Origin: Micromonas pusilla
Lineage: Eukaryota
Length of the DNA: 32,000 nucleotides
Assembly: GCA_000151265.1 (NCBI GenBank)
Contig: GG663735.1
Location: 1,380,854-1,412,853, forward strand
Reading direction: 5' to 3'
This document shows, in pieces, positions 19,887-27,355 of the stretch. The position numbers and the translations under genes were made by a program. Each line of letters opens with the position of its first letter. The stretch's first letter is position 1. The notes beneath the pieces were generated by a model that was given only the letters and a program-made list of their open reading frames with translations, did not search any database and was not told where the DNA came from.

Positions 19887-19956
19887 ACTCACATACTGTA
19901 CTCCTCGCCGCCGCCACCGCCGCCGGACTACTCTACGCCTCCCTCAGCTCGCGCAG
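19887..19956. repeat. Direct repeat copy B. It contains the functional stop codon and last codons of the SET gene.
   Basis: See copy A. The reverse complement encodes ...LRELREA-stop, with the stop at 19935..19933. Confidence 0.85.
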
Positions 19957-20145
19957 AAGCTCCGCGACGCGTCTCGCGAGCCGCTTCTTCCCCGCGCGCA
20001 ATCCGAGGATGTTCCCGGCGCGCTCGTCCCTCGCGTCCCCGACGGCTTCGTTGATCTCGTCGAGCGCGCGCTCGTCGTCCTCCAAGGTCGTGGCGTACCC
20101 AGACTCTATCGCGCCCACGCGCGCGAGGAGCGTCTCCACGGTCGC

Positions 20146-20191
<46 letters not shown>

Positions 20192-21240
20192 CTCCCGAAC
20201 GCGGCGGAGACGGACGCGGCGGCGGCGACCCACCCGGCGTGCTTTTCCCCGCCGCCCTCTTCGCCCGCGCACCGCGTCAGCGCCGCCTTCGTCGCGCGCT
20301 TCAGCGCCGCTCTCAACCGCGCGCTCGCGCGCACGACCCCACCGCCGTCGTCGCCGCCTATCAAGTCTATCCTATCGAGCGGCGACCCCCCCGGCGGCGC
20401 GAACCCGTACTGCGCGAAGTGCGCCGCCGACGTCAGCTGCCCTCGCGTGTACGCGAGACGCAGCTCCTCGTCCGCCTTCCTCGGCTTCAGCGCGACGAGC
20501 TCGAACGTCGTCGCGTCTTTCTCCTGCGGCGCGATCCCGATCCCGTTCGTCCGCGTCTCCACGCCCTCGCATCGGTAGTCCACCGACGGTATCGTCGCGT
20601 GGTTCGCGAGATCTAAGAAGGGCACCACCGCGTAGGTGTTCAGACCCGCGAGCATCGCTCGCGAGCGCACGACGGCGAGCGCCCACGCGCCGACCGCGGT
20701 CTCGTGCTCGCCGCGCTCGCCGCCCTCGATCGCGTCCATGAGGTCCGGCATCAGCGCGGCGATTCGCATCGCGTCGTTCAGTCCCTCCGCCGCGAGGTCG
20801 TCGTCCTGGAGCGACGCGAGCTCGGCGTCCGAGAGGAGGAACGGATGCGCGAGCTTCTCGGGCGGCGGCAGGACGCCGGCGTACTGGGTCCAAAACGCGC
20901 CGCCGTCGCCGGCGACGGCGTCCACGATGGCGCGCGCGAGGACGAACTCCCACGTCTTCCCCGCGTCCGGCGCGGCGGCGGCGACGCCCGCGCGCACGCG
21001 CGGCCAGGACCCGTCGGACGGGAGCGCGAGACCGCGGTCGGCTTGGACGACGAGCGCGAGCTTTTTCGGGACGGAGAGGACGACGTCGCCGATGTCGACG
21101 CCGTCGCTCGTCGCGAAGAGGCCGCGGCCGTGCTCGCTCTCTCGGGGGGACGCGCGCGCGAACGCGACGCCGGAGCTCTCGCCGAGGTCGCGGAGCCACG
21201 GCTCGAGCGCGGGGCGGCGCGAGGTGTCGTCGTCCTCCAT
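19933..21240 (-). CDS. SET-domain protein-lysine methyltransferase (RBCMT/SETD6-like), ~435 aa
   Basis: Uninterrupted ORF. It has the SET-N-like segment GRGLFATSDGVDIGDVVLSVPKKLAL, the FLDLANH motif and EELRLAYTRG, plus a long C-terminal substrate-binding-like region with a (GD)6 run. I chose the ATG at 21240 (MEDDD) because the 37 upstream in-frame codons (ATG 21351) have about 40% A/T third positions and abut the tRNA terminator. Confidence 0.65.
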
Positions 21241-21354
21241 CGTTCTGACTTCCGCGGACGTCGGAACGCGCGAAGAAACACCAAAACGATGGCTGGCCCG
21301 CACTGGCCCTGCACGTAGTACGCGCGCGTTGCCCGCCTGGGTGGTTCGCATACG

Positions 21355-21364
21355 AAAAGCAAAA
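21355..21364 (-). terminator. Pol III terminator T-runs downstream of the minus-strand tRNA-Ala
   Basis: The plus strand reads AAAAGCAAAA, i.e. TTTTGCTTTT on the tRNA strand, 7 nt after the tRNA 3' end. Confidence 0.6.
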
Positions 21365-21370
21365 GGTAAT

Positions 21371-21443
21371 TGGAGACGCAGGGCTTCGATCCCCGTACCT
21401 CTCGCATGCGAAGCGAGCGCTCTGCCAATTGAGCTACGTCCCC
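21371..21443 (-). tRNA. tRNA-Ala: tRNA-Ala, anticodon CGC, 73 nt (identical to 19468..19540)
   Basis: Exact reverse complement of the plus-strand copy. It lies 130 nt upstream of, and co-oriented with, the SET gene ATG. Confidence 0.9.
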
Positions 21444-21691
21444 TTGATCGGTGTCAAGGGTCAGTTCACCGCGCTTCATCGCTGAAGCTGGGTTGGCAAG
21501 TCCTGGTAAACCAGGGCTCGATCTTTAACTGTGAGGTGGCCGCACGAATTCTCGTGGGGGATTTCTCCGATGGAACCGTTTCCATTTTTAAGAAATATAA
21601 AGGCTACATTTTACGATTTGGACTCGAGATGCCTTTCGCGCTCCCCCGATGAAACGCGAGTTTAGACGAAGGTCCGCGAAGATCGCTTCGG

Positions 21692-21785
21692 TGAACGTCC
21701 ACGTTCATCGAGAAGTTTCGAAACCGCCTCGTGGCGCGTTTCGGGGGCCGGTTCGGTTTCGGCGGGTTCGATAAGTTTCGGAAAC
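21692..21785 (+). promoter_or_regulatory. Heat-shock-element-like motifs upstream of the small-HSP-like gene
   Basis: TGAACGTCCACGTTCA is a palindrome (21692..21707). It is followed by AGAAGTTTCGAAAC (21711..21724), which matches GAAnnTTCnnAAC: two perfect inverted nGAAn units and one imperfect unit. A second copy, ATAAGTTTCGGAAAC, lies at 21771..21785. These sit 135-230 nt upstream of the ATG at 21920. Confidence 0.4.
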
Positions 21786-21919
21786 GCTCGCATCGCGCGG
21801 CATTCCACACGCGCACAGCGAACACCCGCAACCGAACCGCACACACCGTCCCCTTCGAGGCGACGCAAACGAACCTCTACACGCACAAGAAGCACCGCAC
21901 GCACTCAGGCAACATCCCC

Positions 21920-23155
21920 ATGGCGCTCTTCGCTCGACCCTTCGACGTCTTCGTCTCCCCGTTCGACGCCCTCGGGCGAGATTTCTGGCATCATCATCAT
22001 CATCATCACCGCCCGGCGCAGCGACGCCGACGCCACGTGAACCTCATCGACCATCCGTTCTTTCATCACTACGTGAACGCCGGCGGCGAGAACACCGACG
22101 ACGACGTGTTCGAGATCTCCGAGACCGATCGCGGCTACCTCGTCACCGCGCTCGTCCCGGGCGTCGCCGCGTCCGAAATCGAGATCTGCGCTCGACCGAA
22201 CGGCGCGCGCGGCGGCGTCCTCAGCGTGCGCTCAAAGACGCACCCGCGCGTGAAGACCGACCTCGCGCTGGCCTCCGGCCTCATCGACGCGAGCGGCATC
22301 GCCGCGTCGTGCATCGACGGCGTCCTGCGGATCGTCATCCCGAAGATTCCGCCGACGGAGGAGCTCGTCGAGGTCGCCGCCGGCGCCGCGGAGGCGGAGG
22401 AAGACGAGAAGAAGCGCGCTTCCGCCGCCGACCGCGACATCGTCATCAACGTCCCGGGCTTCCGCGCGAGCGACGTCAAGATCACGCGCCATAAGCCGAC
22501 GGAACGGCTCGTCGTTCGGGGCGTCTCGAAGACGCGCGGGACGTTCACGCGCGAGTACTCGCTCGGCGACGCGGCGGCGGCGGTCTCCGCGCGATGCGCC
22601 GACGGCGTGCTGACGATCCGCGTGCGCCGGGAGACGCCGTCGCCGCTGACGCTGCCGGTCTCCCCGGACGCGCCGCTCCTCGCCGACGCCGACGGCGAGG
22701 ACGCTGAGAAGAAGAAGAAGAAGAACGAGAAGAACGCCGACGACGCTGACGCCGACGCCGACGAGATGGTGTGCCTCGTGCGCCGCGCCGTGCCCGGCGC
22801 GCGCGCGGAAGACTTCGCGATGGACGTCGACGCCGACGGGACGCTTCGCGCGCGCGCGGACTGCGAGACCGCGCTCGGCCGCCGCAGATACAGCTTCGCG
22901 ACCACGGTGTCGTCGCGGATCGACCGCGGCACCGTCCGCGCGCACGTCGCGGACGGGATTCTCACGGTCGTCGCGAAGAAGCCGAGCGCGCCGGCGAAGG
23001 TGGTCGTGGACGTCTCCGCGGACGCGCCGGCGGCGCTTCCGGCGGCGACGCCCGTCGCCGCGGGTCCGAGCACGCCGGACGCGGCGGGCGCGAAGACCAA
23101 GGCGATCGCGAACGATGACGTCATCGTCGAGGACATCGCCGACGACGGAGCGTAG
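21920..23155 (+). CDS. Small-HSP-like protein with three alpha-crystallin (HSP20) domains, 411 aa
   Basis: ATG at 21920 (MALFARPFDVF); the track start at 21731 is GTG in an AT3-rich leader. Three ACD-like modules each end in the characteristic DGVL(T/R)I motif: ASCIDGVLRIVIPK, ARCADGVLTIRVRR and AHVADGILTVVAKK. An N-terminal H7 run and acidic/lysine-rich linkers are present. Confidence 0.7.
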   Translation: MALFARPFDVFVSPFDALGRDFWHHHHHHHRPAQRRRRHVNLIDHPFFHHYVNAGGENTDDDVFEISETDRGYLVTALVPGVAASEIEICARPNGARGGVLSVRSKTHPRVKTDLALASGLIDASGIAASCIDGVLRIVIPKIPPTEELVEVAAGAAEAEEDEKKRASAADRDIVINVPGFRASDVKITRHKPTERLVVRGVSKTRGTFTREYSLGDAAAAVSARCADGVLTIRVRRETPSPLTLPVSPDAPLLADADGEDAEKKKKKNEKNADDADADADEMVCLVRRAVPGARAEDFAMDVDADGTLRARADCETALGRRRYSFATTVSSRIDRGTVRAHVADGILTVVAKKPSAPAKVVVDVSADAPAALPAATPVAAGPSTPDAAGAKTKAIANDDVIVEDIADDGA

Positions 23156-23372
23156 AAGACGCCGCCTGACGACCACGACGCTGTACGCTACTTGTAAATA
23201 GCCCGCGACATTTTTCATTTCGCCGCCGCCGCCGCGAGGACGGCCGCGCGCGACTCTATTCTGTTCTTCACTCTGTCTGTTTTAATACGATAAAAGACGA
23301 CTGACGTATCACCGTACCGCACGTCACTCGATGACATCGACACCATTCTCCGCTCGCTAGGCTATCTAGGGT

Positions 23373-23423
23373 CCCCGCGCTATAACACCCCGCGCTATAA
23401 CACCCCGCGCTATAACACCCCGC
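23373..23423. repeat. 15-bp tandem repeat (3.4 copies) spanning the cyclophilin stop codon
   Basis: The plus strand reads ccccgcgctataaca x3 plus a partial copy. On the coding strand this is (C/R)GVL-TAG repeated in frame, with stops at 23412..23410, 23397..23395 and 23382..23380. Confidence 0.9.
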
Positions 23424-24249
23424 AGTCCGCGACGACGACGGGCGCGGTTGGCTCCTCGGTGACCCCCCCGCTCGCCGCCGCCAACGCTTCGATCGCGTCC
23501 AGCACGCCGAACCCCTCGATCACCTTCCCGAACACGACGTGCTTCCCGTCCAGCGCCTTGCACGGCGCGAAGGTGATGAAGAACTGCGACCCGTTGCTGT
23601 TCTTCCCGGTGTTACCCATGGAGAGCACGCCCCTGGCGTCGTGCTTGAGCTTCAAGCCGTCCTTCTCGTCTTTAAACTTTTTCGCCCAGATGGATTCGCC
23701 GCCGCTGCCGTTTTGCATCGCGAAGTCGCCGCCCTGCATCATGAACCCCTTCACGACGCGGTGGAACCGCACGCCCTTGTAGTGGTACGCGACCTGAGGG
23801 AGGAGCAGGAGGTGGGGGATGGGGCGGGGACGAACGAGTCAATCGATCTGATGAGCGCGGAGGAAACGAGAAACGATGAACGAACGCCGAGGGGGAAGCG
23901 AAGGGGGGAGAGCCGAAGGACGCACCCCGCAGTTCTTGCTCACGCCCTTCTCCCCCGTGCACAGCGCCTTGAAGTTCTCCACCGCCAGCGGCGCCTTGTC
24001 GTCGTACAGCTCGATGACGAGTCTCTCTTCCGCCGCGGGCTCGACCTCGATAGGCCCTCTCCCGCTCCAGTCGAAGTCGTTCTCGTACAGCTCCGCGACG
24101 CGCGCCCTCTCGCTCCCGCCGAGCTCCGCGATCTCCTTGCTGCTGAACCCGTAGCGGAGGTCCGTCGCCTCCACGAACGCGGCCGCGCGCGCGTACTTCG
24201 CTCGGTGGTCGTCGAGGTCGATGTCGAGGAACGCGCGCGAGTTCGGCAT
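23410..24249 (-). CDS. Cyclophilin-type peptidyl-prolyl cis-trans isomerase with a long N-terminal insertion. Exons 23926..24249 and 23410..23793, intron 23794..23925.
   Basis: Exon 1 ends ...ENFKALCTGEKGVSKNCG, then donor GGG|GTGCGT. After acceptor CAG, exon 2 reads VAYHYKGVRFHRVVKGFMMQGGDF...SMGNTGKNSNGSQFFIT...LDGKHVVFGKV (the cyclophilin core). The junction is phase 0. I chose the start at 24249 (MPNSRAFLDIDL). An upstream in-frame ATG at 24426 would add a presequence-like MRRFLSLYVSYRD..., but that stretch has about 37% A/T third positions. Confidence 0.8.
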
Positions 24250-24554
24250 CGCGTCCGTGCGCTCGCGCGACGCGAACTGAACTGGGGAAAACGCGAACAA
24301 CGGATGTTGTTGTTGGACGAGCGAGCTTTTGGGCTGAGACTGACGACGATGGCTCGCGAGTGATGAGAGACGCCGTACGAAACGCGCGTCACGGTACGAC
24401 ACGTAGAGCGAAAGGAACCGTCGCATTACAACACCCGTCCCGACGCCCAGAGTTTTCTGGTGGCGACCGCGCCCACCCCCCGACGCCGCGGAGAGGAGAC
24501 TCGGCCCCCTAAAGTTTACCCCCACTAAGTTGACAACCCACCGCCGCCGCGCGC

Positions 24555-25474
24555 TCAGACGTCGTCCACGACCTTGGTGCCGAGCCCGGAGAAACCCTGG
24601 GACTCGTCAGCCACCGTCACGTAGGAGTAGAGGTCCTCCTGTTACGACGGGATCGAAACGGGGGGGAAGGGTGAGAGAGGTCAGCGACGGCGGCGACAGC
24701 TCGCGCGAGGTGAGACTCGACGCGCGCGGGGGCGAGAGGCGAGCTCGCAGAAAGCTAGGTGATTCGACGCACCGCCGCGTCCTCGTCGTCGTTGCGCTTG
24801 CGGGAGATGGAAACGCGAATACGGCGGGGCACCTGGAGAGGAGGAGAGGCGGAGGATGGGGGGAGGCGAGCGTCAGATCCGCGGCGAGTCGACGGATGGT
24901 GGATGGCTCGACGAGAGAAGAAAAAACGAGCGCAAACCCTAGCGACGGATGCCGCGCGGGGACGGGGCGTCGACGCGGGAACGCACGTTACGGATGCCCT
25001 TGGACCAGATGTGCTTGTTGAGCTTGACGTCGACGCGCACGTCGGACGTCTTCATGACCTTCTGCGCGAACTTCTTCACCTGAGGTCGTCGAGAGAACGG
25101 AGCGATGGGGTCAGCGGCGGACTCGGCGTGGGCGGGACGATGCGGGAAATAAAAGGCGAGAGACGCGGCCGGACGAGCGCGCGCGGCGGTCGCCCGCGAC
25201 GCGATGCGACCGCTCGATCGGCGCCGTGGGGACGTGCACGCCGTCCACGGCGCGACGCGCGCGTCGCGGGCGTCGCGAGCGTCGCGCGCGACGCGTCGCG
25301 CGGGATGCCTAGGGCTCGAAATCGTCCATCCCGCGCGCTCGCGGGAAGAAAAAAAGCCGGAGGACGCACCGCAGACACCGCACGGGGCGCACGCTTCTTG
25401 AACGTGACGCCGTGGACCGCCTTGGCGAGGTTGATGGTGTACTCGCGAGTGACCACATCCTGAGTCTTACCCAT
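24555..25474 (-). CDS. RPL31: 60S ribosomal protein eL31 (L31e), 113 aa. Exons 25370..25474, 24987..25079, 24773..24832 and 24555..24638.
   Basis: The spliced product is [35 protein letters not shown]|[31 protein letters not shown]|[20 protein letters not shown]|[27 protein letters not shown], which is colinear with eL31. All three donors are GTGCGT, all acceptors are CAG, and all junctions are phase 0. Confidence 0.9.
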
Positions 25475-25810
25475 GGCGCGCGTCGAACACGTCGAGAGAG
25501 CGCGTCGAAAAGAGGGACGGTCGCTCGGCGAGTCCGCGTTCATGAAGGAGGGCAGCTGATGGAGAGGGCGTGACTGACCGGTGGCATTTCTGCTTCCCGG
25601 TCAATTTCGCCCCGATGCCGGTCAACTGCTTCGAGAAAATGGGTCAACGACGCGTTTTCACCCATTTGAAACCAAGGACGTGTCTCGTCGAATTCCACGG
25701 TCCGTCGCGTCGCGTCGCGTCGGTCTGTCATCCCTCGGAACCTCGAAACTGTCGCCGGTCCACACTCCCGCAACGCCGCCGCACGCTCTCGTGCACCGCC
25801 CGAGGGTGAG

Positions 25811-27154
25811 ATGGACGCGAACGAGGATATCGCCCTGCCCCCACTCCTGGAACGACTCGCCGCGGACGCGCGAGATGTCTTCACCGAGCACGTGCTCTCG
25901 CGGTTCGACGGCGGTGACCTCGCGGTGCTCGCGCTGGTGAGCAGGAGCACGCGCGACGCCGTCTTCACGTCGTCCGTCGGCGAGGTCAACGACCTCGCGG
26001 CGGTGAGGAGAGAGCTCGCGAGGGTGCCGAACTTCGTCGGGTCGGTCGGCAGGCTGGCGTGGGCGAAGGAGCGAGGGTGTCCGTGGAACGCGAAGACGTT
26101 CATGTGCATCGCGGAGGATGGGAATCTGGAGGTCGCGAAATGGGCGAAGGAACGAGGGTGCCCGTGGAACACGCATACTTGCGCCCAGGCCGCGAGTGGC
26201 GGCCACCTGGAGGTGCTACAGTGGGCGCGAGCGAACGGCGCTCCGTGGAACGAGTGGACTTGCCGCGATGCCGCGGAAGGCGGCCACCTGGAGGTGCTGC
26301 AGTGGGCGCGAGCGAACGGATGTCCGTGGAACGAGTGGACTTGCCGCGATGCCGCGAAAGGCGGCCACCTGGAGGTGCTACAGTGGGCGCGAGCGAACGG
26401 ATGTCCGTGGGACGAGTGGACTTGCGCCGGAGCCGCGGAAGGCGGCCACCTGGAGGTGCTGCAGTGGGCGCGCGCGAACGGCGCTCCGTGGGACGTGAGG
26501 ACTTGCCGCGATGCCGCGGAAGGCGGCCACCTGGAGGTGCTACAGTGGGCGCGAGCGAACGGCGCTCCGTGGAACGAGTGGACTTGCCGCGATGCCGCGG
26601 AAGGCGGCCACCTGGAGGTGCTACAGTGGGCGCGAGCGAACGGTTGTCCGTGGAACGAGCGGACTTGCCGCGATGCCGCGAAAGGCGGCCACCTGGAGGT
26701 GCTACAGTGGGCGCGAGCGAACGGTTGTCCGTGGAACGAGCGGACTTGCCGCGATGCCGCGAAAGGCGGCCACCTGGAGGTGCTACAGTGGGCGCGAGCG
26801 AACGGATGTCCGTGGGACGAGTGGACTTGCCGCGATGCCGCGGAAGGCGGCCACCTGGAGGTGCTACAGTGGGCGCGAGCGAACGGCGCTCCGTGGAACG
26901 AGGTTACTTGCACTAAAGCCGCGGAAGGCGGCCACCTGGAGGTGCTACAGTGGGCGCGCGCGAACGGCTGCCCGTGGAACAAGGATCCTTGCTCCGGAGC
27001 CGCGGCAGGCGGCCACCTGGAGGTGTTGCAGTGGGCGCGAGCGAACGGATGTCCGTGGGACGAGTGGACTTGCACTAATGCCGCGGAAGGCGGCCACCTG
27101 GAGGTGCTGCAGTGGGCGCGAGCGAACGGCTGCCCCAGTGGCCGCCCCAACTAA
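25811..27154 (+). CDS. F-box-like protein with 14 tandem 27-aa ankyrin-like repeats, 447 aa
   Basis: ATG at 25811. The N-terminal LPPLLERL...VFTEHVLSRFDGGDLAVLALVSRSTRDAV resembles an F-box. It is followed by 2 degenerate and 12 near-identical units, AAxGGHLEVLQWARANG(C/A)PW(N/D)ExTCxx. The GHLEVLQWA..G core matches the ankyrin repeat consensus, but the unit is 27 aa rather than 33 aa. Confidence 0.75.
   Translation: MDANEDIALPPLLERLAADARDVFTEHVLSRFDGGDLAVLALVSRSTRDAVFTSSVGEVNDLAAVRRELARVPNFVGSVGRLAWAKERGCPWNAKTFMCIAEDGNLEVAKWAKERGCPWNTHTCAQAASGGHLEVLQWARANGAPWNEWTCRDAAEGGHLEVLQWARANGCPWNEWTCRDAAKGGHLEVLQWARANGCPWDEWTCAGAAEGGHLEVLQWARANGAPWDVRTCRDAAEGGHLEVLQWARANGAPWNEWTCRDAAEGGHLEVLQWARANGCPWNERTCRDAAKGGHLEVLQWARANGCPWNERTCRDAAKGGHLEVLQWARANGCPWDEWTCRDAAEGGHLEVLQWARANGAPWNEVTCTKAAEGGHLEVLQWARANGCPWNKDPCSGAAAGGHLEVLQWARANGCPWDEWTCTNAAEGGHLEVLQWARANGCPSGRPN
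26035..27150 (+). repeat. Tandem array of 81-bp coding repeats (about 14 units, the last 12 nearly identical)
   Basis: ggccacctggaggtgct recurs at 26201, 26282, ... 27092 with an exact 81-bp period (891/81 = 11 intervals). Confidence 0.9.
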
Positions 27155-27221
27155 TCTTACACGTGATACCCCGATGGATGGTGACCATGTCACGACTACG
27201 TGTAGAGAACGCGTGTGTTAT

Positions 27222-27249
27222 GAACGAACGAACGAACGAACGAACGAAC
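27222..27249. repeat. (GAAC)7 microsatellite in the convergent 3' intergenic region
   Basis: gaacgaacgaacgaacgaacgaacgaac, read directly. Confidence 0.9.
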
Positions 27250-27355
27250 GAGTCTTCTTCTTCATATACTTTTTCATGTTATTAAAACACGCGCGCGCCG
27301 CTCGTCGCGATCGCGCCCTTCCTCTTCACGTCGTCGTCGTCGCCGCTCGCTCGGC

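Larger units (their letters stand above)
21029..21570. repeat. Right arm of the inverted duplication (the native copy: tRNA-Ala, SET promoter/leader and the first 72 codons)
   Basis: Reverse complement of 19341..19885; see the left arm. Confidence 0.9.

Noticed and set aside
21241-21351. Upstream in-frame ATG (21351) giving the SET protein a 37-aa presequence
   Set aside because: About 40% of third codon positions are A/T, versus under 10% in the neighbouring coding sequence. The ATG lies only 20 nt from the tRNA 3' end, directly after its T-run terminators. It cannot be excluded without a TSS map.
21989-22009. (CAT)6CAC His7 run as a cloning-vector His-tag contaminant
   Set aside because: The flanking sequence has native composition and continues into the ACD domains in frame. 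There are no vector-like linker or protease-site sequences.
25540-27150. 536-aa minus-strand ORF across the 81-bp repeat array
   Set aside because: One unit lacks stops on the reverse strand, so the whole array stays open. The plus strand gives an ankyrin-like consensus and an F-box-like head with a proper ATG, so the minus frame is an artefact.
26035-27150. Regular repeats as a possible CRISPR array
   Set aside because: The units are contiguous with no spacers. They have an exact period of 81 bp (27 codons) and lie in one open reading frame. The rest of the window is clearly eukaryotic.
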